A DNA stretch of 64,000 bases from an uncultured Gammaproteobacteria bacterium (GCA_964411255.1 CAYPKD010000006.1:67097-131096), one strand, 5' to 3'; shown: positions 35,672-47,540, counted from the stretch's first letter. Made by a program: numbers and translations. Notes: generated from the letters alone by a model not told the origin.

Positions 35672-35776
35672 AAAAAATTAAAAAGGAAAAAATAAAAAGG
35701 AAAAATTTTGGTGTCCTTTCACTTCGTTCAGGACTCTTTTTTTCATTGTCGTTTTTCACTTTTCATTTTTACTTTT

Positions 35777-37117
35777 TCATTTGATTAAATTAGATATCTC
35801 CTCCGTCTTCTCCCTCATCATCTCCTCAGTCTTTGCCTCTAAATTCAGCCTGATCACCGGGTCAGTATTTGATTTCCTGACATTAAACCACCAATCATCA
35901 AATTCAATCCGAATACCATCAAGCTCAGACACATCTTTTGCTCCTTGTGAATATTTTTCTTTTAATATATTCAAAACTGCATCTTTATTCTCTACTTCAA
36001 AATTTATTTCACCTGAACGGAAATATTTATCAACTTCCCCCACAATTTCTGATAATTTCCTTCCATTTTCTGATAATATTTCAAGCATTAGAAGCATTGA
36101 TAAATCTGCTGATTCTATGTTATAAAAATCTTTATAATAAAAATGACTGGACAACTCTCCAGCAAAAGCAGCTCCCTCATCTGCCATTTCTTTAATAATT
36201 AATGTTCTGCCAACCTTAAACATTATTGGAAAGCCTTTGGCTTTTTCAATCTGCTCTTTTACTGCCCAGCTTGAGCGCAAATCATAAATAACCTTCTCCC
36301 TCGGATGATCTTTTAAAATTTCAACAGCTAAAATTGCAGTAATAATGTCTCCTAACACAACATTGCCCTTTTCATCAACAAATCCAATCCGGTCAGCATC
36401 ACCGTCAAACGCCACTCCTAAATCTGCTCCAGTTTCTAAAACTTTTGCCTGAAGAGCTTTCAAAGTTTCAGTCTTAAGCGGATTTGCTTCATGATTTGGA
36501 TAATTGCCATCCAGTTCTTTATATAAATATTCAACTTCACATGGTAATTTTTCAAACACCTGCTCGATTAATAAGCCTCCGATTGCATTGGCTGTATCAA
36601 CCACCACTTTTAATGGCTTGATCTTCTCTACCTCAACCAATGAAAATATTTTTTCCAAATATTCTTTTTTATAATCTTTTGTTTCTACAGCACCCTTTTT
36701 TGCTTCAGCAAAGTTTCCTTCAACCATTATATCCCTCACTTTTGACAAACCAAATTCCAAACCTACTGGCATGCCTTCCCTATCCAAAAATTTAAATCCA
36801 TTCCATTCCTTTGGATTATGAGAAGCAGTGATCATGATTCCTAATTCTGCATAATCATCGAAAATTACAGAAAAATTAAAAAGCGGCGTTGATGCCAAGC
36901 CAATATCAATAACCTGCACTCCGCTGTCAACCAATCCATTTATTACCGCTTCTTTTATTTCCGGACTTGATAGCCGGTTATCATAACCTACAATTACTTT
37001 TTCCGGCTGATAAAATTGTACTGCTGCTCTGGCTAAATTATAAGCAAAGTCTTTATTTATCTGTTCAGGGTAAATTCCTCTGATGTCATAGGCTTTAAAT
37101 ATTGTTAAGTCAAACAT
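35777..37117 (-). CDS. Phosphoglucomutase/phosphomannomutase family protein (alpha-D-phosphohexomutase).
   Basis: The active-site loop is TASHNPKEWNG. The metal-binding motif is FDGDADR. Confidence 0.85.
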   Translation of the reverse strand: MFDLTIFKAYDIRGIYPEQINKDFAYNLARAAVQFYQPEKVIVGYDNRLSSPEIKEAVINGLVDSGVQVIDIGLASTPLFNFSVIFDDYAELGIMITASHNPKEWNGFKFLDREGMPVGLEFGLSKVRDIMVEGNFAEAKKGAVETKDYKKEYLEKIFSLVEVEKIKPLKVVVDTANAIGGLLIEQVFEKLPCEVEYLYKELDGNYPNHEANPLKTETLKALQAKVLETGADLGVAFDGDADRIGFVDEKGNVVLGDIITAILAVEILKDHPREKVIYDLRSSWAVKEQIEKAKGFPIMFKVGRTLIIKEMADEGAAFAGELSSHFYYKDFYNIESADLSMLLMLEILSENGRKLSEIVGEVDKYFRSGEINFEVENKDAVLNILKEKYSQGAKDVSELDGIRIEFDDWWFNVRKSNTDPVIRLNLEAKTEEMMREKTEEISNLIK

Positions 37118-37248
37118 ATTTTTAAATTAAAATTAGTGCTATCTTCACAACTATATCTAATTTTACAATAAATATTTTTTTTATACAAGAAAAAAAGAGC
37201 TTAATTTCAGCTCTTTCTACCCCCAAACTTCTGAAATCATATGAAAAT

Positions 37249-40200
37249 TTACTGATATTTATTCAATGCTTCTCTGGTGCCAGGCCCAACAAATCCTGCC
37301 ATATCGATTCCATGAGCTGCCTGAAATTCTTTTACAGCCTGCTCTGTTGTAGAGCCAAATTGCCCTGAAGCGATTACGTCTTCAGGAAAATACCCTAGAC
37401 ATTGAAGTAATATTTGCAATTCTTTTATTTCACTGCTATTCATTCCAATACTTAAAAATGATTTGAATTCTATATTTGATGCGCAACTCTGATCCTTTGG
37501 AACTGAAGCTGATTCGTTACTATCAAGTATAGGATTTTGAACAATTAAATTAACCCCCACTCTGGCTTCAGTCCCTGTAAAAGCCAAACCCTTATCAATA
37601 TCTATTGTTTCCGCAGCTAATATTTCTTCATTTACAATATAATCTAAAGAGGATTCAATATCCTTGCCTATTTTGTAATTTATAAAAAATGCATCAGGCA
37701 CATCATCAACATAAGACGCCCAATTTTCTCCATACAAAGCCACTGCTATTTCTTCAGTTGACAACCATCTCAAAGTGCCATTTGCGCTTACAGCATACAC
37801 TTTTGGAATTGAAATAATTTTTACTAATCTAATTCCGGGACGATACGTTACATTATCACTTATTGGAATGGATGCAAGATTGTTTGAGCTAATAATCTGA
37901 ATATTATCAAAATTTTCATACCATGTTTCATATACCAACGAATTTGGAAAAACATGTCTTTTGCAATCCTTGCCATAATAATACACAGCCGAATTATTTG
38001 GAGATTTTATTAAACTATTTGGATTAAGCCCATCTATTTTATATCCAATAACTTTTTTAATTGTCATATCGGCAATACCGCCGCCAATCCGATTTAAATA
38101 CAATTCAAAATCATTACAAATATTATTGTCTAAATCAACTTGTATGCGATCTGATACTTTGAGTATATAATCCTGCCCATTTGGCAAAGTGACTTTTATT
38201 GAATCATCATTTATCATTTTTATATTAATTTTTTGTGTTCCAAATATATCAAAAAGAGCTGTACTGCCTGTATCCGCAAGTATATTTACTCCCAGCATGC
38301 CGATGTCACCAATATTTATGCCAGAAAAATCAACGATGGAAAAAGTATCAATACCACTTCCAATACTTGATGTTAATGATGATGATGGAGCAGATGAACC
38401 TCCTCCACCGCCGCCGCCACCACCACCGCCGCCAGCGTCAGTGGTATAAGATATTATATTTGCGTCTTCCTCATTGCCCCAGTCATCAACAGCCCATATT
38501 TTTGCATAATACTGAGTGCCTGCAGCCAAATTTGTTATAACCGTAGAAAATGCACTCATATTTTGCAGATTTGCATCATTGTCATTATCCCATTCAAATG
38601 CGCCTGCTGATCTGTTTTGTACAGCAGCTTGCGCTGTCCCATACCAAAGTTCATAATGATTAAAATTTGTTTCTGTAGTTGTGGCTATCCAATTATAATT
38701 AATGCTATTTGAAGTAGATGATACGGCAAATAAAGAAGCTAAACCACTTGGAACTACATTATCTATTGAGAATGAAGAAGAATCAGTGTATGAACCTGCG
38801 CTAATTCCATCATATGCTCTCACCCGCACCTGAATAGTTGAAGATTCTATCCCGTCTAAACTGCCATTTTCATTTAAAGCTGATTTTGTGTCCCATACAA
38901 CTGTAACTGTTATTGGCCCAGTATCAGTGTCTATTGGATCGCCTGTTCCGATTTGATATGTATTTCCATTGATTAAATCAACCGTTCCAGAATCGACTAA
39001 TGCACTATCTAAACATGGATCATACCAATTTGCGCCATTATCGTCAGAATATTCCACCATTAGTCTGGTTGGTTCATTGTCAGCATCAGAAACATCTGTT
39101 TCAAAAGAAACAAAACCACTGCCATCAGTTGCTTGCATGATTGATGCAGGAGTAGTGGTTACTGGTGAATTATTGTTTGCATATTTATATTTAACACGAA
39201 TATTATCTAAATTTGGCGTAACTGATCCATCACTTCCTAAAAATGACCTAAATAATAACTGACTGTTCGTTGTTGGGAAATCTAAAATACTATTATTTAT
39301 TTCAATTGCAGAATTATATAAATTCATAGCTAAAATAATATCATCGGCTGTTCTTATGGAATTACTTATACGCAATTCATCTATTGTCCCCTCAAAAAAT
39401 CCATCATCCACTTCTTTTCCTATATATAACGGGTATAAATTCCCTAAAATATCATTAAAACTATCTGTTGTTATCAACTCACCGTCAATGAAAAAAGACA
39501 GTGAATCTGCTGAATCATCTGCAACAATGGCAATATATTTCCATTGTCCATCAGCAACATTAATACCGCTGTTTATCCAAGATGTGCCATCATAAAATCG
39601 TAAATTATTTGAGGCAATATCAACTGCCCAAGCGTCACCGCCTAATTCACCCGAATATTTTTTTAAAATAAAACCATCAGAATCTAATGTTTTTAACCAA
39701 AATTCAATTGAAAAATCAGTTGATTCTAAATTTAATTCTGCTAAGTATGGTGCTTCTAAATAATCATCTATCCCATCAAGATATATAGCATTACCAAATA
39801 CACCAATTACATCCTGAGATGCTCCATAATTCGTAGCATCATTGTTATAAGAAGAATTATCAATGATATCTCCAGAATCATTTGAAAAATGATATGAAAG
39901 AATTGTATCAGCACTACTGGTTTGGCCGTTATTGATGTCCATCCAGCTGCTGCCATCATTCCAATACCAGGTTGTACCATTATCAAATGAAAGTTGATAA
40001 TATAATTCTGATCCAGCAGGTTTTATTGCTGTTTCCTCAAAAGTCTGCCATTCGATAACACCAGGCACCTGCAATGAATTACTCGGATAAATAAATGGTT
40101 TAATCTCAGAATATGTGCCAAATGCGCTTACTGATAAATCTGAAAATTGCGGTGAAGTGCTTAAATTATTTTTATCTAAATAAATTTTATATTGAAAGTA

Positions 40201-43200
40201 TTGATTATTAGATACATTTGTTAAATTTAATGAGGGAGAAGAAGGTCCGATCACTAAATCATTATAATATGTGCTGGCAGTACCATCTGGTCCAATAAAA
40301 ATTTCTGTATCACAAGAGGCGTCATTACAAGACCTAACTTGCGCTTGAATAATAGTTGTATCCGCCACGTTTACAATAAATTCGCCTATCTGGCCAATAC
40401 GATTGCCTCCACCCACATTAGTATTATTGAAATGCAGTCTGGCTGAAACAATATTTGATTGAGTATCAAATGTATGAGTTACCAAAGTGTCATAGTCAGA
40501 TAATGCAAATCCTGTCACAATTGAATCTCCAGAAACCGAACCCTGATCAGTTGTCAAATTATCAAGACTTGATAAAGTTAACCATTTTGAATCATTTACT
40601 GAATCGGTTACAACTGCGCTGTCATTTGTTGAGACTTGAATCCTATAGCTTTTTGGCAAATATTGCGCACCCCAGCCACCCTGAGTTGAATCACCGCCAA
40701 AGTATATTTTTATTTCACCAATATCCTTTGCAGAGGCTAAATCAACCATTAAACGAGAATCAGTAACATTATCATTTCCCCAACCGTTCTGTGTGGCATC
40801 ATAAAGGCCATCATTGACCAATGTGGCAGCATTTCCAGCATTTGAATCGGACGCGGTGGCAACCCCTCCTGCAGACTGAAGAGCTTCGTTTAATGTCTGG
40901 CCTGTTAAAATCTGATCCCACGAAATTGAATCCCATGCTACTTGCGATCCGGCATCTTTTATCTCAGAAGTGTAATTACCACTTGTAATTGAAGAGTAAT
41001 CAGCTTGAACATCTGAACTGGCTAAAGCAACATTATAAATTTTTAATTCTTCAATTATTCCATCCATCGTGATATTTGTACTGCCGTCAATTATGTCCAC
41101 TTCAGTAGTTGTTCCGCCGATTCTCCATCCATTCCCAGGATTTGGAATACTGGCAATTGCTGTTATCTTTGTCGCTACCTGATTGCCATTAACATACAAA
41201 CTTAATTCACCGGTGCCACCGTCCCAAACTCCGGCCAGATGATACCATTCGTCAATATTTAAATTTGACACTGGGTATGTAATGACATCAGATGTACCGG
41301 CAGCGCTTCTAATTATGTGAGTAATATCGCCGGAATCGTCATTTAAATATAATCCATAACCATAAGTAGTTCCTCCTTCAATAAAAATAACTTGTCTATT
41401 ATTATTATTGTTTCTTTTTACCCACGCTTCAATAGTATGAGCAGTATGAGCATCAAGCATACCATCACCTTCACCTGTTGTTGCCAATACTATGCTATCA
41501 GAACCATTAAATTCCAATGCGGCTGTTCCAAATTGCCCAGATGTCCAAGTAGTATTTGACGCTATGCCATTATATAATGAAGTTTCTTCAGATATCGCAT
41601 CACCTGTAGCTTCATTAAAATGATACAATGCTTCGGTATTTGCATTTACAACCAATTCATTACCCACTGACAATTCAATATGATCTGTATTATAAGTTGT
41701 CTGAAGAAAAGTTCCTGTAAAGTCTACCTGATCTGAATCAGTAAATGACCCTCCCGATTGAAGAAGCCTTGCATTACTGACCGTTACCTCAATAAGACTT
41801 GTATCATATGTATATTCAGCAGGTGTTAAAAAGTGCCAATCTTTTACATCAACTTGCGTATTTAATTCTGAAACATAAGTGATCTTAACATTATCGAGCT
41901 TAACTTGACCTGAGCCATCGCTTACTAAAAATGCTTTAAATAATAATTGATTATTATCTGTTGGAAATGTATTTAAATTATTATTTATTTCTGTGGCCGT
42001 ATTATACGAAGAAATCGAAGTTCGTAATTCACTGACTGAACGAGATTTGTCTGAAATTTTCACTTCATCAATTTTTCCAGTAAACCTATCGCCAGCTCCA
42101 ATATTTTTTGCTCCCATTAACATTTGTACATCAGTAGCCTCAGTCACTGTTACCAGATTATATGAATCATCTCTGCCGACTTCGACACCATTACGATAGG
42201 CAACAATTGAATTACCATCTTTAACAATTGCCACATGCTGCCATGTGTTTAACTGAATAACCGCATTACTTAAATACTCACCTTGCGATGTCCAAAAACT
42301 AATTTGTCCTGTATTTTTTATCCCAAACCACCAATATGTATTAATTGAATTATTCCATTTTGTTGAAATGGCGCTATATGTACCAGCATAGCTTGTCGGG
42401 TATATCCAGGCTTCCCAGGTCGCATCTGCTTCACCATTTAAAATGGTATCTGTTCCAAAATTCACATAATCATCAATACCATCAAAACTATAAGCATTAT
42501 CATATTGCCCTGATACGCCGGTTGTAACTCCCTGATTTGTCCCATTATATCCATTTCCACTTGAGTCAATAACAGCGCCACTGGTTTCATCAAGATGCCA
42601 TAATGCCTTTGTATTACTGTCAGGTGTAGCTCCATGTGAAATACTGGTCCAATTTGATCCGTCATAATATTGCCAGGTTGCGCCATCATCATCAGATAAT
42701 TGGTAATAAATCTCAGCATTTCCAGTTTTTGTTGCTGTTTCAACAAAAGTATCCCAAGCATTTACTTCCGGAGCAGAAAAATTATTCATCGGCACTACTG
42801 TCGGGCTTTCGTCATTATAAATAGTTGAAGCAATATTTACAGAATTTATTTTTGGAGTTGAAAAATCAGGATCCATTGATGACAAGTATAATTTGTATTG
42901 AAAATATTGATCACTTGAAGCATTGATTGATTCACCGGAAGCAGTTGTATAATATGTTGATGACGAACCATCAGGTCCTATAAAAGTTTCAGTATCACAT
43001 AAAGCATCATTGCAAGAGCGAGTTTGGAATTGCGCATTTCCTATTGTTTGAGTTTGTTCAGAACCAAAAGCTGCAGTTGGTTCTGGATTCGTCCATTTGC
43101 GCACACGAGCATTATCAAATTCATGTGTACCGGAATAAAATGACCAAGACGGTTTCAAATCACTTTCTGTAGAATATGTGGAAGTATAATTTGTAGTCCA

Positions 43201-45279
43201 TGTATCCCCGCTATCAGTGCTTTGTTCATAATAGGCACCGCCACTGGCTCTCATTCTAACTCGTACATCATAATCAGTATTAACAGTCCATGAACCTGTA
43301 ACTCCAGGACGGCTGGTACCATCCTCATATACTGATGCATTAACAGTGGAAGCAGCGCCAGAACCTGGATTATAAAATGCATATACTTGATTAGGATAGC
43401 TTGAGCCTGTGCCGCTATCATGCCAGCCAACCATAATTGCGTCATAACTTGCATTATTCGCAGTCCATTCATAATCGTATTCAAATGAAATGTCGCTTCT
43501 TGAAAATGTTGCATTTGAAATAACACTTTTATTCCAAGATCCATTTGTTGTACGGATAAAATTTAATACTCCGCCTGCTTCAATAATTTCATTTTCCGGT
43601 ATATCCGTTTCAGTCCATTTTGCAATATCGATTACTCCGTCATTAAAATCATCAAATAATAAAAACGTATTATATCCATTAGAAGAAGATACTGCTGAAT
43701 CATTATCATAATACACATAAATAGTATGAAGAGAAGATGCAGAGATGGACGGAACTTCAACCCAAACCACAGCATTTGTTGATGCAGTAGATTCTTGAAT
43801 CCAATAGTCAAGTTCTGTCGTGCCATCAAAATCAGTAAACCTCAAATCACTAAAATCTGAATTCATATCTGCATCATATATTATTTCAATTCTTACTTGA
43901 TGATCAGATAATGAACTGCCATTTAATGTATTGTCAATTGTTATTGGTTTTCTTTTTTCCCATGAGTAGCTAAACCAGTTCGTTGATAACAAATCATCAG
44001 ACCACGAAATTTCATTCCAAGGAACTATTTGACCGGCATTAAATATATCAGAAGAATATTCTCCTGGTGACTTATAACCACCCTGAGCATGATCGCTGAT
44101 GGTTGTTTGATCTAAAACGGTATTCCAAATTGCTATTTCGTCCATATAGGCATCAAGGAATGTTACTCCAGTATATCTAGTACCGACCCTTACATTTGCA
44201 CCCAAATCAGGATTAAATCCTGAACCCGTATCAATTAAAGTTCCATCGAGGTATATTTTTGTCTCAGTAACGCTGGCAGTTAAAGCCACATGATACCAAG
44301 TATCATTAGACAATTGTGATGAGGGGATCTCTACCAATGAATTAAAACAAATATTTCCATTTGTGTCTGGACAATTAGCGCCTGAAGTATAATCCTGTAG
44401 AAACCACCAATTTCCGCCGCTTCTGCCATCCAATAAATATTCCGCTCCTCCATTTATATTTGATTTATTAAACCAAAATTCTAAAGTCATCTCGCTTGGA
44501 TTACCCAAATCATCTGTAATTTCCAAATAATCATCTATACCATCAAATTTTATGCCATTATTAAATTTTCCAATAACACCCTGGTCGGCGCCGTATCGAT
44601 CCGCATCATACCCATGCCCAGAATCATCAATTGCATCTCCGCTGGCTTCGTTTAGATGATATAAAACTAATGTGTCTGTAGTAGCTACAATTTCATTCGG
44701 GCCTAATTCCAGATGATCAGTGTTAAAAATAATATCTTCATAAGTGCCCAGATCAAATTCTCCCTGGGTATCATCATTGATATCGTTATTTATCGAAGTT
44801 AGCTGGGCTTTTCCAGAAACAAATTGAATTTTACCAGCGTCATATGAATATTCGGTGGCATCATTAAAATCCCAACTGGTTTGTTCAGTTGCGGCATTAC
44901 TAAAGAAGAATGGCACAGCAGATATTATTCCAGTCACCAATATAATAATTACAGCCAAACTAATTCCATGCAATCCGACCTTCCGTCTAATATGATAGTG
45001 TTTTTTCAATGCGCGAACTTTGTGATGTCGTCCGAGCCCAATATTTTTTGTAAACAAGTGAAGATTCTCCGGTTTATATAAAATATAAAATGGCAAAGAT
45101 AAAATTAATAGCTTCAATTCAAGTATTGCAATTATCCAAATGGAACTAAGACGATTAATAAATGATTGCTTATGTAATTGTTTTTGTTTTTTATGTATTA
45201 CATAAGCTAAATGAAGAATTGCATGTTTCCATTTTTTTAAAAATGCATTTGTTTTTCTTTTTTGTTTTCTTTCTGCCAT
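37249..45279 (-). CDS. Giant surface protein of 2676 aa with repeated LamG/concanavalin-like domains, a poly-Gly linker and a C-terminal peptidoglycan-binding domain.
   Basis: The ORF is continuous. There is an N-terminal TM helix. Several LamG_3-type blocks (L.HLDE..G...D.SGNG.NG....FDGIDDY) are present. A GGGGGGGGGGGG stretch is present. The C-terminal stretch LQILLQCLGYFPEDVIASGQFGSTTEQAVKEFQAAHGIDMAGFVGPGTREAL is a PG_binding_1-like domain. Confidence 0.85.
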   Translation of the reverse strand: MAERKQKRKTNAFLKKWKHAILHLAYVIHKKQKQLHKQSFINRLSSIWIIAILELKLLILSLPFYILYKPENLHLFTKNIGLGRHHKVRALKKHYHIRRKVGLHGISLAVIIILVTGIISAVPFFFSNAATEQTSWDFNDATEYSYDAGKIQFVSGKAQLTSINNDINDDTQGEFDLGTYEDIIFNTDHLELGPNEIVATTDTLVLYHLNEASGDAIDDSGHGYDADRYGADQGVIGKFNNGIKFDGIDDYLEITDDLGNPSEMTLEFWFNKSNINGGAEYLLDGRSGGNWWFLQDYTSGANCPDTNGNICFNSLVEIPSSQLSNDTWYHVALTASVTETKIYLDGTLIDTGSGFNPDLGANVRVGTRYTGVTFLDAYMDEIAIWNTVLDQTTISDHAQGGYKSPGEYSSDIFNAGQIVPWNEISWSDDLLSTNWFSYSWEKRKPITIDNTLNGSSLSDHQVRIEIIYDADMNSDFSDLRFTDFDGTTELDYWIQESTASTNAVVWVEVPSISASSLHTIYVYYDNDSAVSSSNGYNTFLLFDDFNDGVIDIAKWTETDIPENEIIEAGGVLNFIRTTNGSWNKSVISNATFSRSDISFEYDYEWTANNASYDAIMVGWHDSGTGSSYPNQVYAFYNPGSGAASTVNASVYEDGTSRPGVTGSWTVNTDYDVRVRMRASGGAYYEQSTDSGDTWTTNYTSTYSTESDLKPSWSFYSGTHEFDNARVRKWTNPEPTAAFGSEQTQTIGNAQFQTRSCNDALCDTETFIGPDGSSSTYYTTASGESINASSDQYFQYKLYLSSMDPDFSTPKINSVNIASTIYNDESPTVVPMNNFSAPEVNAWDTFVETATKTGNAEIYYQLSDDDGATWQYYDGSNWTSISHGATPDSNTKALWHLDETSGAVIDSSGNGYNGTNQGVTTGVSGQYDNAYSFDGIDDYVNFGTDTILNGEADATWEAWIYPTSYAGTYSAISTKWNNSINTYWWFGIKNTGQISFWTSQGEYLSNAVIQLNTWQHVAIVKDGNSIVAYRNGVEVGRDDSYNLVTVTEATDVQMLMGAKNIGAGDRFTGKIDEVKISDKSRSVSELRTSISSYNTATEINNNLNTFPTDNNQLLFKAFLVSDGSGQVKLDNVKITYVSELNTQVDVKDWHFLTPAEYTYDTSLIEVTVSNARLLQSGGSFTDSDQVDFTGTFLQTTYNTDHIELSVGNELVVNANTEALYHFNEATGDAISEETSLYNGIASNTTWTSGQFGTAALEFNGSDSIVLATTGEGDGMLDAHTAHTIEAWVKRNNNNNRQVIFIEGGTTYGYGLYLNDDSGDITHIIRSAAGTSDVITYPVSNLNIDEWYHLAGVWDGGTGELSLYVNGNQVATKITAIASIPNPGNGWRIGGTTTEVDIIDGSTNITMDGIIEELKIYNVALASSDVQADYSSITSGNYTSEIKDAGSQVAWDSISWDQILTGQTLNEALQSAGGVATASDSNAGNAATLVNDGLYDATQNGWGNDNVTDSRLMVDLASAKDIGEIKIYFGGDSTQGGWGAQYLPKSYRIQVSTNDSAVVTDSVNDSKWLTLSSLDNLTTDQGSVSGDSIVTGFALSDYDTLVTHTFDTQSNIVSARLHFNNTNVGGGNRIGQIGEFIVNVADTTIIQAQVRSCNDASCDTEIFIGPDGTASTYYNDLVIGPSSPSLNLTNVSNNQYFQYKIYLDKNNLSTSPQFSDLSVSAFGTYSEIKPFIYPSNSLQVPGVIEWQTFEETAIKPAGSELYYQLSFDNGTTWYWNDGSSWMDINNGQTSSADTILSYHFSNDSGDIIDNSSYNNDATNYGASQDVIGVFGNAIYLDGIDDYLEAPYLAELNLESTDFSIEFWLKTLDSDGFILKKYSGELGGDAWAVDIASNNLRFYDGTSWINSGINVADGQWKYIAIVADDSADSLSFFIDGELITTDSFNDILGNLYPLYIGKEVDDGFFEGTIDELRISNSIRTADDIILAMNLYNSAIEINNSILDFPTTNSQLLFRSFLGSDGSVTPNLDNIRVKYKYANNNSPVTTTPASIMQATDGSGFVSFETDVSDADNEPTRLMVEYSDDNGANWYDPCLDSALVDSGTVDLINGNTYQIGTGDPIDTDTGPITVTVVWDTKSALNENGSLDGIESSTIQVRVRAYDGISAGSYTDSSSFSIDNVVPSGLASLFAVSSTSNSINYNWIATTTETNFNHYELWYGTAQAAVQNRSAGAFEWDNDNDANLQNMSAFSTVITNLAAGTQYYAKIWAVDDWGNEEDANIISYTTDAGGGGGGGGGGGGSSAPSSSLTSSIGSGIDTFSIVDFSGINIGDIGMLGVNILADTGSTALFDIFGTQKINIKMINDDSIKVTLPNGQDYILKVSDRIQVDLDNNICNDFELYLNRIGGGIADMTIKKVIGYKIDGLNPNSLIKSPNNSAVYYYGKDCKRHVFPNSLVYETWYENFDNIQIISSNNLASIPISDNVTYRPGIRLVKIISIPKVYAVSANGTLRWLSTEEIAVALYGENWASYVDDVPDAFFINYKIGKDIESSLDYIVNEEILAAETIDIDKGLAFTGTEARVGVNLIVQNPILDSNESASVPKDQSCASNIEFKSFLSIGMNSSEIKELQILLQCLGYFPEDVIASGQFGSTTEQAVKEFQAAHGIDMAGFVGPGTREALNKYQ

Positions 45280-45435
45280 TTTTTTTATTTAAAACCAAAA
45301 ACTATCACTCAATGATTGGTATTTTAAAAAAGTTTTCTTTTCACAAAACAATTATTATTGTCAATATAATTATACCATAAATTTTTATTTTTAAAAGAGT
45401 TATCCTCATTGTTTTTTTTAGAAGTTTCTTATAAT

Positions 45436-45471
45436 AAAAAAACGCAGGACATAATAGCCTGCGCTTTTTTA
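45436..45471 (-). terminator. Bidirectional terminator-like hairpin (cgcagg-acataatag-cctgcg) flanked by A/T runs.
   Basis: It lies downstream of the 45483..46685 stop on the minus strand. Confidence 0.5.
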
Positions 45472-45482
45472 TTTATTTCAAT

Positions 45483-46685
45483 TTATTTTTTCTTTTTTGC
45501 CTCAGCCAATTCCTTTGCAATTAATACAAATGCTCCCACTGCAGTTAATGTGACAATAAACCAAATTAAACCGCCTAAAAATGGAATTAAACCAATTAAT
45601 GACAAAATGAAAAGTCCAACCAAAAATCCTAAATATTTATCAACTTTCTTTTGTCTAAATAATCCTTTTAAAATAAGATTACCGACCATCAAACTGGCAA
45701 AAACTTTACATATATAAAATAATAATATGTAGATTGTCATCGAAACCAATGCTAAAGGTATACCAATGATGGTTATCATCAATATAATAAAGGCCAAAGG
45801 AGTTAATATTAATACTAAAAATCCCACTCCAATACTGATACCAAACTTTGTCATACTTCTTTCAGCAACTTTTTCACTGAATTTTCCCCAAATCGCTATA
45901 ATAATCAAACCAATAAGCAAAAGCGCAGCAAAAGCAAATAATTTCATTCCCCAATAACCTTTACTTAATAATTTACCAGTATCTTTTTTTGACCAGGCTC
46001 CTTTTTTACCTGATTTGTAATCTTTTTTAACAACATCACCGCTAACTACAGCTCCTTCATCCATAATTACTTCTTTATCCCAGGTATAAGTGACATCGCC
46101 GCTTACTTCAGCATTTGACTGCATAATAAACCTTCCCTCTTTGTCAATATTGGCAACAATATTTTCAGCCACATATGAATTCAAGCGAAGCTCGCCTGCT
46201 GCCGCTTTCAAAGACCCGTAAATAGGGCCATTTATCTGTACCATTCCGCCGGCAACCATTAAATCCCAATAAACTTCAGAATTTGTTGAGACATTGACAA
46301 TTCCGCCAACCAATGAAGCGTTTTTTCCCACACTGGCATCCAAATCAACTGTGCTACCTGCAGCTCTGACATTACCTTTTACCTCACCAGAAATTCGAAC
46401 ATATGAACCTGCAGCGATAACATCTCCTTCAACAATTCCAGAAATATTAACTGTGCTACCAAAAGCATATACATCTTTCATGTAATGACCGGTTAAATTA
46501 ACACTCTCGTCAGCAACAAAATGATTTTCTAAAATTACTTCAATGCCTAATTCTGTTCCATCAATACAGTCCTCGCCTATGCATTCTGCCTCATCAATTG
46601 CTTCTGTTTGGGCATTTAAAGAAAAAGGCAGGACAAAAAGCATCATAAAAATGACACCTAAAAATAGAAATTTTGTTTTTGTCAT
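45483..46685 (-). CDS. Bactofilin-like (polymer-forming cytoskeletal domain) protein with a signal peptide and C-terminal multi-TM region.
   Basis: Repeated G(D/N)V.A.GS.V.I.G segments form a beta-helix-like pattern (GDVIAAGSYVRISGEVKGNVRAAGSTVDL...). Four to five C-terminal TM helices follow. Confidence 0.5.
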   Translation of the reverse strand: MTKTKFLFLGVIFMMLFVLPFSLNAQTEAIDEAECIGEDCIDGTELGIEVILENHFVADESVNLTGHYMKDVYAFGSTVNISGIVEGDVIAAGSYVRISGEVKGNVRAAGSTVDLDASVGKNASLVGGIVNVSTNSEVYWDLMVAGGMVQINGPIYGSLKAAAGELRLNSYVAENIVANIDKEGRFIMQSNAEVSGDVTYTWDKEVIMDEGAVVSGDVVKKDYKSGKKGAWSKKDTGKLLSKGYWGMKLFAFAALLLIGLIIIAIWGKFSEKVAERSMTKFGISIGVGFLVLILTPLAFIILMITIIGIPLALVSMTIYILLFYICKVFASLMVGNLILKGLFRQKKVDKYLGFLVGLFILSLIGLIPFLGGLIWFIVTLTAVGAFVLIAKELAEAKKKK

Positions 46686-46824
46686 AATTTATTTTTATTA
46701 ATTTTAAATAATACAAATATTACATAATTTGTATGCTTGCAATTCTTTTGACTTTTTGATATTTTTATTATACAATAAATTAAACCATTAACCAATAAAT
46801 TATTAACAATTAAGTGAAAAATTT

Positions 46825-47451
46825 ATGTTAGCACTATGGATTATCTTAGGCGTTGTTGCTGTTATAGCCTTCTGGCTTATAGGAGTGTATAACGGTTTAA
46901 TTAAGTTAAAAAACAGAACGAAAGAAGCCTGGTCAGATATTGACGTTCAATTAAAAAGACGTTATGACTTAATCCCAAATTTGGTTGAAGCGGTCAAGGG
47001 TTATGCTTCTCATGAAAAAGAAACTTTTCTTAAAGTTACTGAAGCAAGAAACATGGCAATGAAAGCTGACACACCTGAAGAAAAGGCTAAGGCTGAAAAC
47101 ATGCTTACTTCAACCTTGAAAACATTATTTGCCGTTGCTGAAAATTATCCAGAATTAAAAGCAAATGAAAATTTCATGCAGCTTCAGGATGAATTATCAG
47201 ATACTGAAAATAAAATTTCATCTTCAAGAAGATTTTACAATGGCAATGTTCGTGACTTTAATACAAAAATTGAAGTATTTCCAAACAATATGATTGCTGG
47301 AATGCTTGGATTTAAAAAGTTCGAATACTTTGAGGTGGCTGATGAAGAAAGAAAAAATGTTAAAGTCAGTTTTAAAGATGAGCCAAAAGCTCCAGCTGCC
47401 CCAGCGCCTGCTCCAAAAGCAGAAGAATCAAAACCAGAAAAGCCAGAATAA
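46825..47451 (+). CDS. lemA: LemA family protein.
   Basis: The N-terminal TM helix plus the LemA core (YNGLIKLKNRTKEAWSDIDVQLKRRYDLIPNLVE) is typical of the family. Confidence 0.85.
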   Translation: MLALWIILGVVAVIAFWLIGVYNGLIKLKNRTKEAWSDIDVQLKRRYDLIPNLVEAVKGYASHEKETFLKVTEARNMAMKADTPEEKAKAENMLTSTLKTLFAVAENYPELKANENFMQLQDELSDTENKISSSRRFYNGNVRDFNTKIEVFPNNMIAGMLGFKKFEYFEVADEERKNVKVSFKDEPKAPAAPAPAPKAEESKPEKPE

Positions 47452-47540
47452 AAATAAATCAAATCTGACAATATTGCAGGCAAAAGTGTTTTCGCTTTTG
47501 CCTGTTTGATCTTAATCCTAAAACCAAAATCCTGAATCGA

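Noticed and set aside
37249-45279. The many supplied short ORFs inside or antisense to the giant gene (for example 38189..38449, 40455..40766, 42462..42761, 43251..43544).
   Set aside because: They are nested within a continuous 2676-codon ORF with clear domain content. These are alternative-frame artefacts.
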